DNA of 64,000 bases from Candidatus Heimdallarchaeota archaeon (GCA_011364965.1 RDOB01000003.1:64001-128000), one strand, 5' to 3'. Shown: positions 49,501-60,629, counted from the stretch's first letter. A program made the numbers and translations. Notes: generated from the letters alone by a model not told the origin.

Positions 49501-49899
49501 TTGGTCCAAATAAAAGAATGTCCAACAAAATTCGCTTTCAAGTTTTTTAAAAAATGGAGTATTGAAATAATCAGGGATATCTGGTTTGGAAAGGGAACAT
49601 TTACAGAGATATTAATTGCTAATCCAGGTTTAAGTAGCAAAGTCTTAGCTCAAAGATTAAGAGAACTAGGGAACTATGGAATAATTGAGAAACGGATAAT
49701 TAGTAAATCTCCAATGAGAGCTGAGTACAATTTGACCCAAAAAGGTGAGGCATTGAACAAAATCATGTTTGATTTAGCGATATTCAGTTATGATTATTAC
49801 ACAAACGAAATTTTTGAGGGTGAACCTCCCTCTCGCTCAGAAATGATTAGAACTACTTCTGAAATTTTTAAAATCGACCAAAATGCTTCTTCAGAGTGA
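49501..49899 (+). CDS. HxlR family transcriptional regulator
   Basis: ECP..KWSIEII..GLSSKVLAQRLREL..P.RAEYNLTQKG. Confidence 0.9.
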   Translation: MVQIKECPTKFAFKFFKKWSIEIIRDIWFGKGTFTEILIANPGLSSKVLAQRLRELGNYGIIEKRIISKSPMRAEYNLTQKGEALNKIMFDLAIFSYDYYTNEIFEGEPPSRSEMIRTTSEIFKIDQNASSE

Positions 49900-50089
49900 A
49901 GCAAGCACACTGAAGAGAGGGGACAACTCAATCTGAAGTTACATTCTATTAAGATTCCATCCAGTAGATAATGTTCTAATTTTCCTACCAAGGTAGAAAA
50001 AAATTAAGAAAAATAAGAAAATTTTATTTGAATAGTCAAATTTTCTACTCCTCCTCATTTTTTTCTCCTCTTCTTCCACACATGTTTTT

Positions 50090-50479
50090 TTAAGAACTTA
50101 TAATTACTCGAATTTTAAAACCAAGAATCGCAAAAATCCCCACAATTATAATGTGAAGAAAAGCTAGGGGTACGATTGAAAATATCAAGATACCAAATAG
50201 AATACTTAATGATTCAAAAATACCAAAAACATCACCAATTATAATATTGACTAATATAGTAAAAATTTCAATTATAATTAATGAAAGTAAAAGAAATCCA
50301 AATGCTAATAACGCAACAACTTGTCTAGTGACCTTTTCCCTACTGATAAATGACGATCCAAATGCAGTTAAGCAAATAACTGGAGTGAGTCCAATTATAT
50401 AGAAAATATTAATAATTAGGCCCTCAAAACCTTCAAAAACTGGATAAAACACAATCAAAATACTATCGTATATATCCAC
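50090..50479 (-). CDS. Hypothetical membrane protein; frame is open upstream to 50629
   Basis: Several hydrophobic segments; upstream in-frame extension adds another TM segment but has no ATG/GTG/TTG. Confidence 0.55.
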   Translation of the reverse strand: MDIYDSILIVFYPVFEGFEGLIINIFYIIGLTPVICLTAFGSSFISREKVTRQVVALLAFGFLLLSLIIIEIFTILVNIIIGDVFGIFESLSILFGILIFSIVPLAFLHIIIVGIFAILGFKIRVIISS

Positions 50480-50886
50480 TATCCTATAACCATCAGGAAG
50501 ACTTAAAGATTGAAGTGGTATTAGTATAATTATAAGAAGAAGTGAAAAGAAGTAAAAAAGAATACCTAAATAAACAGCTTGTCTATTTTCTCGTAGAGCC
50601 TGTTCTAAGAGAGATTCGTCATTGGTTTGTTATGCAATATTCTCCATATAAATACAACCTACCTTTGTATGTAGATGTAGAGACGCTAAATCTTTTGTAT
50701 CAAAAAACTTACATAGAATCTAATAATATCTTAATCTTCTATTTTAAATATATATAACCCAGCAAGAAATCTAAAAGTAATCTGAGGACGAATAATAATA
50801 CAAGCTTGTTTGAGTAAATTCAGTGTATAGAATGAGATCTATAAACTTCAAATTAATGATTTTTAGATCGAAAAGGATGTATTAAA

Positions 50887-52359
50887 TTGGAACTCTTGTA
50901 TGAAATTAACGCACGCCTATGGTTGACCGAACTAAAAGACAAATATCAAGACTCATTGTTTTTAATTGATGTACCAGATGATGAATGGACAACTATTCGC
51001 AATAAAGGATTTGAATGGATTTGGCTGATGGGAGTATGGGAAACTGCCGAAGTGGACGATTTAGATAGGTATCCATTTCTAAAAAGTGTTTTCGATGAAG
51101 CCTTGCCCACTTGGCAAAAACCCGACACTGTAGGATCCCCTTATTCGATTATGAAGTATTCATTAAATCCATATTTAGGCAATAAAGGTGATCTAGCGGA
51201 ACTTAAATCAAAATTGAATTCCTTTGGAATCAAACTAATTCTTGACTTTATACCAAATCACTTATCTTACCTGACAACTTACCTTCAAACAAATGTAGAT
51301 TATTTCATTCACTCAAAAACCGAAATCAGGGAAAGACGGAAATTATTTTTTCATACTGGTACTAATTATATTGCAATGGGCAAAGATCCTCATTTCGATC
51401 CATGGACCGATACTTCTCAATTAAATATTTTTAATGAAAAGACAAGATTGTTTATGATTAACAATTTAAGACATATTGCTAAACATGCAGATGGAGTAAG
51501 ATGTGATATGGCGATGCTTGTCTTAAATGATATTTTCAATAGTACATGGGGATGGTTATTAAAAAAACAAGGATTTCTCATTCCCCAACAAGAATTTTGG
51601 AGTATTGCAATCCAAGAGATAAAATCAGAATTCCCAGAATTCACTTTTATAGCTGAAGTATATTGGAATCTAGAATGTAAATTGCAGGACTTGGGTTTTG
51701 ATTATACTTACGATAAAAGGCTGTATGATGAGTTAAAAAACTCAACAGGTGCTAATATTTACAATTATATTAACAGAAATTTTCCATTCCAAGAGAAAGC
51801 TATGCGATTTATTGAAAATCATGATGAAGAACGAGCAATTAAGGTATTTGGAAGTCAAAAATCACTTGCTGCTTTTGTGATAATTTCTACTTTACCTGGG
51901 ATGACCCTAGTTCATCAGGGACAATCTATTGGTAAAACAGTCAAAGCTCCGTTAAGACTTTTAAGAATTAAAGATGAAAACATAGATCGTGATTTAAACG
52001 CAAAATACGAAATAATATTTCAGTTCTTGTCGAATATAGAATCAAACGTTTCAAAATTTTCATTTATAAAAATAACTCAAGCTTGGGCTTACAATGACTC
52101 CCATTATAATATAACTAGCTGGATTTGGAGAACCAAGCAAAAATTTTTCCTTATAGTAGTCAATTATTCTTCGATAATGTCACAAGCAAACCTAAAACTT
52201 CCGAAAGACATCTTGGTACAAAATAACCTAATCTTTTCTGATAAATACGGAGAAAAAGAATATATAAGAGATTGTAAGAGCTTAATTGAAGAAGGGTTAT
52301 TTGTCGAATTAAAACCGTATAATTTCCATTTATTTGAGGTAAACCTGAAACCTTTATGA
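50887..52359 (+). CDS. GH13 alpha-amylase family glycosidase
   Basis: LDFIPNH, DGVRCDMA, FIAEVYW, RFIENHDE. Confidence 0.92.
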   Translation: MELLYEINARLWLTELKDKYQDSLFLIDVPDDEWTTIRNKGFEWIWLMGVWETAEVDDLDRYPFLKSVFDEALPTWQKPDTVGSPYSIMKYSLNPYLGNKGDLAELKSKLNSFGIKLILDFIPNHLSYLTTYLQTNVDYFIHSKTEIRERRKLFFHTGTNYIAMGKDPHFDPWTDTSQLNIFNEKTRLFMINNLRHIAKHADGVRCDMAMLVLNDIFNSTWGWLLKKQGFLIPQQEFWSIAIQEIKSEFPEFTFIAEVYWNLECKLQDLGFDYTYDKRLYDELKNSTGANIYNYINRNFPFQEKAMRFIENHDEERAIKVFGSQKSLAAFVIISTLPGMTLVHQGQSIGKTVKAPLRLLRIKDENIDRDLNAKYEIIFQFLSNIESNVSKFSFIKITQAWAYNDSHYNITSWIWRTKQKFFLIVVNYSSIMSQANLKLPKDILVQNNLIFSDKYGEKEYIRDCKSLIEEGLFVELKPYNFHLFEVNLKPL

Positions 52360-52384
52360 TTAATCAAATCTGTTTTTGTCGATT

Positions 52385-53776
52385 TCAGGTAAGACGTTTC
52401 TTTTCATGAATTAATTTCAACGCTTGTTTCATTTCCTCAAGATATTTTCCATGAATTGGATAGAAATACAAACAAATTAGACCTATCATTAAAACAATTG
52501 CAGGATAAACTCCTATAAGAAATCTAAGACCTAAAAGAACATCCACCCCTGGATTTGGTGTGTATGTACTCCATTCTGTCCCTGAAAATACTAAGCCAAT
52601 CATAAAGAAATTAATTACCCCTGACAACCTAATGATGAATGAGATTGTGCCATAATAGCCACCAGCTCTTCTACCACCATGACGAACTTCATCATCATCA
52701 ATTATTTCAGCAATACATTGATCATAAAAGTAGATTGAGCCTCCCAGACCAAAACCGACGAAAGCCATGGTAATAAATCCTGAAATAAGATCGAATGAAA
52801 AGCAGAAAACTAATAGAGCAATTGCCCAACACCCAAATACAATAATGCCTGTTGTTCTTGCCCCCCGAATTTGTCGTAATTTGGTCCACAAAGGCAATGA
52901 AAAACCCCCAACTAAAAATCCAATAAGCAATAAAACACCAATGAGAATCGAATCAGTTTCAGCAATGCCTAATATGTACGTAGCAAACAATGGAATAACA
53001 GTTGGTAAAATCCCATTGCAGATCCATGTAGCTAAAGCTGCTACAACAAAAAACCGAAATGCTTTATTTTGAAAAGTGAATTTTAAAGATTTAAAATATG
53101 AAGGCATTGTTTTAGAATCTTTGAGGAACTCTGATCGCTCTCGTGCACCCCATTTGAGAAATATACTGTAAGAAATAACTATAACAAATGCTGCAATAAA
53201 TCCCACTATTATATATTGACTCTGGGTATATGAATATGCATACTGATTTGTTATATCCTCAATGATGATAGTGGGGAGAATAAAAGCAAGAACGAGGGCA
53301 ATAATCACGAAAATTCCCCTCATTTGGCCAACTTCACTCCGAGCTTTCGTTGTGATAAACAATTCAGCCCATAAGGCATTATAATTTAGATTGAAAGCTG
53401 TGTATACAGTATCAAAAAGAAATAAAATTAAGAGAAAATATATGAAATTTATTTCCTTGGAAGATATTTGCATAGGGGGAAGCCATAATAAGATCATAAC
53501 AAGTGCTAGAGGTAATGTCGCTCCAACGAGCCAGGGATAACGTCTCCCCCAACGCGTATGGGTTTTATCAGATAAAAAGCCAATTAAAGGATCATTTATC
53601 GAATTCCATAAAGACCAAATTATAAAACCTCCACTTATCCACAAGATTGGAAGCTTTACTACTGTGAAATAAAATGTGAAAATCAAGAAAGTGAATGTTT
53701 GATATGCTACTCCATCACCAATTTCACCGAAGGAGAAAATTATTTTTGTTAGAAGGGGGATTTTTTCTTCAGTCAT
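52385..53776 (-). CDS. MFS GPH-family (MelB-like) sugar:cation symporter
   Basis: WNSINDPLIGFLSDKTHTRWGRRYPW, IIDDDE..RRAGGYYG. Confidence 0.9.
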   Translation of the reverse strand: MTEEKIPLLTKIIFSFGEIGDGVAYQTFTFLIFTFYFTVVKLPILWISGGFIIWSLWNSINDPLIGFLSDKTHTRWGRRYPWLVGATLPLALVMILLWLPPMQISSKEINFIYFLLILFLFDTVYTAFNLNYNALWAELFITTKARSEVGQMRGIFVIIALVLAFILPTIIIEDITNQYAYSYTQSQYIIVGFIAAFVIVISYSIFLKWGARERSEFLKDSKTMPSYFKSLKFTFQNKAFRFFVVAALATWICNGILPTVIPLFATYILGIAETDSILIGVLLLIGFLVGGFSLPLWTKLRQIRGARTTGIIVFGCWAIALLVFCFSFDLISGFITMAFVGFGLGGSIYFYDQCIAEIIDDDEVRHGGRRAGGYYGTISFIIRLSGVINFFMIGLVFSGTEWSTYTPNPGVDVLLGLRFLIGVYPAIVLMIGLICLYFYPIHGKYLEEMKQALKLIHEKKRLT

Positions 53777-53890
53777 AAGGTATCGTTCCTCTTTTATCTA
53801 TCTAGTGAATTCTTTCTCTTTGACAACTCCTTGGTTTATAAAACCTTTTAACTTACTTTAAAGCGACTTTGGAACTAATGATATTACAAA

Positions 53891-55006
53891 TTATTTCTTT
53901 GACACTTTCCTATGTTGACAGTATAAGACTAAACCAAGAAAAATTGGTATTTGATAGAGTGGAGTGGAAGAGGAGCTTGAAGTATTGTTTGAAGAAATAG
54001 TTATTGTATCTGCTTTACTTGTTGTGTCTGTCTCAGGATCATATATTAAGGTATCAATTGTTAAATTAACTTGGCCCTCGTACTCATTAACAGTGACATT
54101 ACAATAATGATAATCCGAAAAATATACATCTCCTTCTTGCCATTCCGATCGATCCCCATCTACAGCAAGATCTTCATTTACTCCTCCTGTGACAATATAA
54201 GTAGTTCCATTTCTTTGAGTCCGATAATAATAATGATCATGTCCAGAAAAAACCAAATCAACTTTATATTCCACAAATAAAGGTTCCAAAACCCTTCGGA
54301 TTTCCTGTGCTGCAGTAACTCGACCTACTCGTAGGATAGAATAACTTGGACGATGATAGACCGTAATTACGAAATCAATAGTATTACTTTTGAGATCAGC
54401 CTTTATCCAATCTAATTGTTCTGATGTTATATCAAATACTCCATTGTCTCCTCCTTCCCAATATTCTTCTGTATTAATTACAATTACATGTACTTGATCA
54501 TTATAATCAAATGAATAATACCTCTCATTACCAGGTAAATCTACATTTGCTTCGTAAACAGAGAAATCCTCATCAGCTGGTGCATAAATGCCATCTCCTA
54601 GCGCATAATTATATAACTCATGATTACCGATTGCATAATAAATGGAGGTATTTTTAGCAGTAAAATTCGCAATATCTTCAAAATATCGATCCCAATCATC
54701 TTGTTCTCCGCCTGATTTCACCATATCACCTGTGTGTATCAGAAATTCCATATTAGGATTATTTGCGGCAATATTATTAAACATTTGAGCTCTTATTGGA
54801 CAGCTGGCATTATCAGTATTATATGCTTGGATTTCTTCAACCCAGTACCCAATTGCTTGTCGGGTATCTCCTAGCACGATAAATTGCCATGGATTAGCTA
54901 TTTTTGGATTTGAAAGAGTTACATCCATAGGTTTTGTAATCATTCCAGAGATTCCAGCTATAATTAGAACCATCAATGCTATTTTAAGAAATTTATTGCT
55001 TTTCAT
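53891..55006 (-). CDS. Secreted calcineurin-like (purple acid phosphatase-type) metallophosphoesterase with C-terminal anchor
   Basis: LGDT, HTGDMV, IGNHE, YHRP, SGHDHYYYR; signal peptide; Ser-rich linker and hydrophobic/basic tail. Confidence 0.9.
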   Translation of the reverse strand: MKSNKFLKIALMVLIIAGISGMITKPMDVTLSNPKIANPWQFIVLGDTRQAIGYWVEEIQAYNTDNASCPIRAQMFNNIAANNPNMEFLIHTGDMVKSGGEQDDWDRYFEDIANFTAKNTSIYYAIGNHELYNYALGDGIYAPADEDFSVYEANVDLPGNERYYSFDYNDQVHVIVINTEEYWEGGDNGVFDITSEQLDWIKADLKSNTIDFVITVYHRPSYSILRVGRVTAAQEIRRVLEPLFVEYKVDLVFSGHDHYYYRTQRNGTTYIVTGGVNEDLAVDGDRSEWQEGDVYFSDYHYCNVTVNEYEGQVNLTIDTLIYDPETDTTSKADTITISSNNTSSSSSTPLYQIPIFLGLVLYCQHRKVSKK

Positions 55007-55481
55007 AACTCTAATCTGACTAAATTTCAGTTTATTAAGATTTTCATTGGATTTCTCTCTGAATATTTGTGGAAGAAATGAAAAGATTATTTTTTATCTG
55101 AACTTTGATTCAATAAAAAGACTTAAGCGTGGGAAAGTTAAATGAGAAGTCTTCTTAATATTAATCTTTAACTGTCTACTTTTTTATTATGTTATAACTC
55201 AGAAAACCTGATCGATCAAAATTCACATTTATTACCTCAAATCCATTCTTTGTAATAAATTGTTCAACATAACTTAATCCTTCAGAGATTCCCTTGTCTT
55301 TTTTGCGAGTTTAATCTCCTCAACTCCAGCAGAAGGGTAATATTTAACTTTTTTATGTACAAAATAAATATTTATCATCTCTAATTTCATTTTACTCACC
55401 AAATTAATTAAATCTTCCAAAATTATACACCATTATAGACTTTTTGACACGTATTCTGAAATGCAAAAAGTTATATACTTA

Positions 55482-55515
55482 ATACTATAACTCATATATA
55501 GATAACTTATAGTAT
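55482..55515. promoter_or_regulatory. Inverted repeat ATACTATAA-N16-TTATAGTAT upstream of the PadR operon
   Basis: Perfect 9-bp arms between the TATA-like sequence and the start codon. Confidence 0.45.
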
Positions 55516-55533
55516 AACTGAAGGGAACATTGT

Positions 55534-55863
55534 ATGGAAGACGTGGAAAAATGGGCTGAGCAGTTTAAGAAAGGATTTTCAAATCCTTTTGTGTTATTAT
55601 CCCTCTCGAAGACTCCCAATTATCCATATGGAATAACAAAAGCTGTAGCAGAGAAAACAAATGGTAAATTTACTATTGCTGGTTCTAATATATATCCAAT
55701 TTTGAAAAAAATGGAGAAAATGCAACTAATTGTGGAAACACAAGACCAAGAATCAGACCGAAAATTCTATCGTTTGACAAGCAATGGAGAAGTCTTCTTG
55801 AGCTCATTGAAACATGTTATGAAGGATTTTATTGAAGTTATTCAAATTATGTTAAATGATTAG
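55534..55863 (+). CDS. PadR family regulator
   Basis: QFKKG..YPYGI..GSNIYPILKKMEK..RKFYRLTSNG. Confidence 0.9.
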   Translation: MEDVEKWAEQFKKGFSNPFVLLSLSKTPNYPYGITKAVAEKTNGKFTIAGSNIYPILKKMEKMQLIVETQDQESDRKFYRLTSNGEVFLSSLKHVMKDFIEVIQIMLND

Positions 55864-55873
55864 GTGAAAATGC

Positions 55874-56584
55874 ATGAAAAAAATACATCAAGAATTAATT
55901 GATGAATATATTGAGAAAATAAATCGCTTATTGCCATATCCTAAGGAAACAAAGCAAGACGCGTTAGAAATTTTACGCTCAGATGTTTCAGCAGCATTAG
56001 CTGATGTACAGGACGGAGATCCTTCATCTACCTTTGGTAAGCCTATAGAAGTAGCTAAAGATATTCTGGAAGGGCAAGAATGGCACCATCAGCGCGCTGG
56101 ATGGGGGATTCGATTTATTGCATGGGGTATTGATTTATTTCTGAAACTAGGTTTTGCATTTCTTATTTTAGCGATTGGATTCGGATTAATGCTAATAATA
56201 ATGCCTTTTGATGAATTAATCCAAGAATTTGCTAAATGGGAAACTAGTGAATTTAATGAGATTATCGCCAGTCCTACAACATTTATTTCAATTTTGACAA
56301 TAATTCCTGCCACTCTTATATTTATGGCTTATAATATTGTTTTAGAATATTTTTTCAGTGCAACTATTGGTAAAAAATTACTTGGTTTAAGAGCTGTAGA
56401 TCACAGTGGAATTAAAATGGTAGGTAGACAAGTAATCATTCGTAATCTATCTAAAATTGTGTTTGGGGAATTTTTAATTCTTGATGTAGTTCTTGGGATG
56501 ATTCTTGAAAAACAGACTCCAGAGAGAACTCAAAATCAGCGCGGATTAGATATCTTGGCAGAAACCATTGTCATTCGAGTTTAA
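55874..56584 (+). CDS. RDD family membrane protein with N-terminal HAAS-like domain
   Basis: FGKPIEVAK; AGWGIRFIAWGID; TIGKKLLGLR; QRGLDILAET. Confidence 0.85.
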   Translation: MKKIHQELIDEYIEKINRLLPYPKETKQDALEILRSDVSAALADVQDGDPSSTFGKPIEVAKDILEGQEWHHQRAGWGIRFIAWGIDLFLKLGFAFLILAIGFGLMLIIMPFDELIQEFAKWETSEFNEIIASPTTFISILTIIPATLIFMAYNIVLEYFFSATIGKKLLGLRAVDHSGIKMVGRQVIIRNLSKIVFGEFLILDVVLGMILEKQTPERTQNQRGLDILAETIVIRV

Positions 56585-56604
56585 TTAATTAGGAGAAAAT
56601 TATT

Positions 56605-57114
56605 ATGAGTAAGACAATTCTAGTATATGCTACCCGATGGGGTGCTACAACAGAAACAGCACGAGAAATAATCAAAGTATTGAAGGAAAAATTCGGGATC
56701 GATGTGGATCTGGTTAATCTAAAAGATAAAAACAATGAAACGAATCGCAATCCTGATATCTCTTCTTATGATAACGTAATTCTAGGAGTTAGTTACGCTA
56801 AATTTAATTGGGCTAAAGAAGGAATGAATTTTTTGAAAAAAAATAAAGAGAAGTTGAAAAACAAGAAATTATTTGTATTTATTTCATCAGCTCGATGTGG
56901 AGGAGCTTGGCAATCAAGGAATTATGAAAAACATGAAGAACTACAGAAAAAGTTCATTGATAGAAAATTAGAGAAAGTTGGGGTGCAATTTACATCACGT
57001 AGGGGATTCGGAGGTTATTATATTAACCAACCGCCAGATAAAGCAGAAACTCGGGATTGGAACATGATTCGTGCTTGGGCAGAGGAAATAGGAGAAATCA
57101 TTAACTCTGGGTAA
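56605..57114 (+). CDS. Flavodoxin-domain (HemG-like) protein
   Basis: VYATRWGATTETA, YDNVILG, RDWNMIRAWA. Confidence 0.85.
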   Translation: MSKTILVYATRWGATTETAREIIKVLKEKFGIDVDLVNLKDKNNETNRNPDISSYDNVILGVSYAKFNWAKEGMNFLKKNKEKLKNKKLFVFISSARCGGAWQSRNYEKHEELQKKFIDRKLEKVGVQFTSRRGFGGYYINQPPDKAETRDWNMIRAWAEEIGEIINSG

Positions 57115-57119
57115 CTTCA

Positions 57120-57815
57120 ATGTCAGGTCAAACATCCTCAACAACTAAAAACGCTAATATCATTCCTATAAAACTAGGAATCGTTAATTGCTATATTCTG
57201 AAAGGGAAAGAGGGATATATATTGATTGACACAGGATATGAAAGTAAACGAAAAATTCTCGAAAGGAAACTTGAGGAACTTGGGATTCCAGAGAAAAAGC
57301 TAAATCTCATTATTTTAACGCATCAAGATTTCGATCACACTGGAAATGCGGCATATCTACGTGATAAATTTAATACCAAAATAGCAATGCATAGGATTGA
57401 TTCTGAAGCAGTTGAACGAGGAGATATGTTATGGAATCGAAAAATGCGGAGTATTTTTTCTCGTTTTATTCTGAAAATTATCTTTTTATTCTTCCGAATT
57501 GGAAAATTCCAGAGATTTTCCCCTGATATTTATCTGGAAGAAGGAAGTGATCTTTCCGCTTATGGAATAAATATTAAAGTGATTAACTTACCTGGACACT
57601 CAAAAGGATCAATTGGAATCTTAACAGCAAATAACGATCTTTTCTGCGGAGATTTATTCATGAATACTGGAAAGAAACCGGCAAAGTCATCTCTAATCGA
57701 TATCAAGGAAGATTTGAATGCCAGTGTTGAAAAATTAAGAGAATTTCAAATAAACACAGTCTATCCTGGCCATGGTCCATCTTTTGAATTGGAAACGTTT
57801 TGGTTTAATCAATAA
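57120..57815 (+). CDS. MBL-fold metallo-hydrolase
   Basis: LIDTG, THQDFDHTG, PGHSKGS, GD, PGHG. Confidence 0.9.
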   Translation: MSGQTSSTTKNANIIPIKLGIVNCYILKGKEGYILIDTGYESKRKILERKLEELGIPEKKLNLIILTHQDFDHTGNAAYLRDKFNTKIAMHRIDSEAVERGDMLWNRKMRSIFSRFILKIIFLFFRIGKFQRFSPDIYLEEGSDLSAYGINIKVINLPGHSKGSIGILTANNDLFCGDLFMNTGKKPAKSSLIDIKEDLNASVEKLREFQINTVYPGHGPSFELETFWFNQ

Positions 57816-57947
57816 TCTTAAGGAATAATTTTGCTATAAATTAGTTTCAGTTTAGAAACTACTATTCTCTTTTATTTATTACTTTATTAAAGGATTTTCC
57901 ACGTTGATCACTTTGTGATTGTGATCGAAATTGCGGGAGATAATGAT

Positions 57948-59528
57948 ATGAAGAAAAATCCAATTATTCTACCACTAACATTGCTTCTGATATGCTGTAC
58001 AACCGCTTTCTCTAGAGTGTCTACTGGAATGGCAGATAATACAGTGGATTTAGATGAGTACATACTTAGCAGTTTTTTAGGAGGAATAAGCGACGATCTT
58101 ATCAGAGATATGGCTATTGACTCTGAAGGAAATATCCTAGTGACTGGTGATACAATGTCTGAGAATTTTCCTACTAGGGACGCATTTCAAGATACTTTTG
58201 CAGGAGGTATTCAAGACGTTCACACTGTCAGTGGAGATGCTTTTATAGCAAAATTTAACTCCATAGGTAACTTAATTTGGGCAAGTTATTTGGGAGGTTC
58301 CAGTAATGATGGAGGAATAGGTGTTCACGTAGATAGTGTCGATAATATCTATGTGGTAGGTGTAACAAATTCCTTGGATTTTCCTGTAACTGGATCTAAT
58401 GCCTCTCATGGAGGTTCAGATAAGTTTGTCACTAAATTTGCCTCCAACGGTACCTTAATTTTTTCTATGTGCATTGGAACTTCTGAAGAAGAAAATTTAG
58501 AAGGTTCTATCATGTTTTCTGATCTTTTGACAATCACGGGGAGTACAACCTCTCCGAGCTTTCCTATTACGGAAACTGCTCTGCAACCAAGTTTTGAGGG
58601 ACAAATAGATGGAACCATTGTCCAAGTTTTACCGAATGGATCCATTTATTATTCAAGTTTCTTTGGTGGATCTGGCGTGGATGTGATAGGAGAAATCTAT
58701 GCTAGTGAGAGTGGTAAGTATATTATCAATGGTTATTCAGATAGCCCAGACTTACCATTTACGGAGAATGCATATTCGTCAGAAATATCGGGGCCAGGAC
58801 GAGACTTCTTCATAGCTGTTCTTACAACTGATATGGAAATAGAATATTGTACATATTTTGGGGGATCTGGAGTAGATGATTGTTTTGGATGCACATTTGA
58901 CACTGAAAATAGTATGATATTTTCTGGAAGAACATGGTCAGTAGATTTCCCGATAGCAAACGCGTGGCAATCAACTTATTCTGGAGTAGAAGGTGATGTT
59001 AATGGGGTGGACGCGTTTGTTACAAAGATTAACAGTACTGGACAAATTGTTTTCTCTAGTTACTTTGGAGGCCTTTCATGGGATACATTACATTTCGTAG
59101 ATACTGATGATCAGAATAACATCTTTACCTGTGGTGATGCGCCGACGAATGATTTTCCAGTATTCTCTAACGCTATTCAAGAAGAAATAGTAGGTAATAG
59201 TGATATAGTCTTTTTAGTGTTAAACCCTGAAGGAAAACCATATTTTGGCACTTATTTTGGAGGTAGTAATCCAGAGCATGTTTGGAACATGGAAAGATTT
59301 TCAGATCATATTTATATCGTTGGTCATACAGCATCTGTGGATTTTCCAGTGACGAGTGGCGTTTTTCAGGAAAATAAGAATGGTTCTCAAGATGGATTTT
59401 TCCTTAGATTTGACCTTTCTAAGTATCTTGAAGATTACCCGCAGAAAACTAAATCTAGGATTGGTTTGGAATTTGGAGTAATTCTTAGTGCTATAATCCT
59501 GTTCACCCGTAGAAGAAAGAAAGCATAA
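57948..59528 (+). CDS. Secreted SBBP-repeat beta-propeller protein with C-terminal anchor
   Basis: Repeats (S/T)YxGGSxxD..D..NI.V.G.T.S.DFP; signal peptide; TM helix and RRRKKA tail. Confidence 0.88.
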   Translation: MKKNPIILPLTLLLICCTTAFSRVSTGMADNTVDLDEYILSSFLGGISDDLIRDMAIDSEGNILVTGDTMSENFPTRDAFQDTFAGGIQDVHTVSGDAFIAKFNSIGNLIWASYLGGSSNDGGIGVHVDSVDNIYVVGVTNSLDFPVTGSNASHGGSDKFVTKFASNGTLIFSMCIGTSEEENLEGSIMFSDLLTITGSTTSPSFPITETALQPSFEGQIDGTIVQVLPNGSIYYSSFFGGSGVDVIGEIYASESGKYIINGYSDSPDLPFTENAYSSEISGPGRDFFIAVLTTDMEIEYCTYFGGSGVDDCFGCTFDTENSMIFSGRTWSVDFPIANAWQSTYSGVEGDVNGVDAFVTKINSTGQIVFSSYFGGLSWDTLHFVDTDDQNNIFTCGDAPTNDFPVFSNAIQEEIVGNSDIVFLVLNPEGKPYFGTYFGGSNPEHVWNMERFSDHIYIVGHTASVDFPVTSGVFQENKNGSQDGFFLRFDLSKYLEDYPQKTKSRIGLEFGVILSAIILFTRRRKKA

Positions 59529-59606
59529 CTGCTTCCTTTTCCCTTTTTATTAAAGGATTTTGAAAATAAATTTAAACTAATTTTTCAGCTATTCTTCCAC
59601 CTGTGA

Positions 59607-60584
59607 GTGATAAGGATGACTGCGATCAGGAAAGAAGGAAAAGTTAATGAAAATGCCACTTTGATTGATTTCAAGTACGAAGGGGCAGCAGCTGTAGGAG
59701 GGGTTTATTTCGTTGAGGCAGGGAAAACCTGTCTTATCGATAGTGGTTGTAAAGATGGAGCTAAATATATAATAAAATCATTGAAAACTATGAATAAATT
59801 TCCTCCCGACTACGTAATTCTTACTCATTCTCATTGGGATCACAGCCAAGGACTACCTATTATTAGGAGAGCTGCGGAAAAGCTGCAAAAATCGATAGAG
59901 GTATTTGCTTCAAAGAAAGCTATACCCTTATTAGAATCACAGACCTATAATGAAATATTAAAAAAAATAAAATTTGAAAATATAACTGATATTTCTCCTC
60001 TGAAAGAGGGGGATTCAATTGACTTAGAGGGGCTTAATCTCAAAGTTATTGATGTTCCAGGTCACAACCTCGACCATATTGCTCTTTACGATGAAAAGAC
60101 GAGAAATATCTTTGTTGGGGACTCAATTGGTATTAAGATCGACGATCGTGCATTTCTTTCTCCCATAATGCCACCTAACTGGAATGAATCTGATTATCTA
60201 AATACAATTGATAAACTCAAGCAAATCAAATTTGAAAGTATAAGTTTAGCACATTATGGATATATTTTTGGAGAAGAAGCACAAAATATCCTACATGAAT
60301 CCCAACAGATCTTTGAACTTGAAAATAAAGTTTATAAAATTGCAGAAAAGGAAGGAAAACTGGATGATATTAACTATCTAGTCGAACTCGCTGTTCGAGA
60401 GATGAATCCAATCATTCCTGATCTCAAACTTGAAAATTTTTTCATGCGTTCAATATTAAGCGTGATGAATTCAATTCGAGGAATTGTTCGCAAAAAACCA
60501 ATTACTGTCGGCGATATAATGCTGAAACAAATCCTAGAGACTAAAGTTAAAGGTTATAAGATTTCAAAGGGAATCAGATGGTAA
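59607..60584 (+). CDS. MBL-fold metallo-hydrolase
   Basis: LIDSG, THSHWDHSQG, PGHNLDH, GDS, AHYG. Confidence 0.9.
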   Translation: MIRMTAIRKEGKVNENATLIDFKYEGAAAVGGVYFVEAGKTCLIDSGCKDGAKYIIKSLKTMNKFPPDYVILTHSHWDHSQGLPIIRRAAEKLQKSIEVFASKKAIPLLESQTYNEILKKIKFENITDISPLKEGDSIDLEGLNLKVIDVPGHNLDHIALYDEKTRNIFVGDSIGIKIDDRAFLSPIMPPNWNESDYLNTIDKLKQIKFESISLAHYGYIFGEEAQNILHESQQIFELENKVYKIAEKEGKLDDINYLVELAVREMNPIIPDLKLENFFMRSILSVMNSIRGIVRKKPITVGDIMLKQILETKVKGYKISKGIRW

Positions 60585-60629
60585 TCATTATAGTTAAATC
60601 CACTGTAAACAAAATTTGAGAGACACAAA

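Noticed and set aside
57948-59528. Periodic sequence similarity as a possible CRISPR or tandem DNA array
   Set aside because: The periodicity is at protein level (SBBP blades); no identical repeat-spacer units occur anywhere in the window
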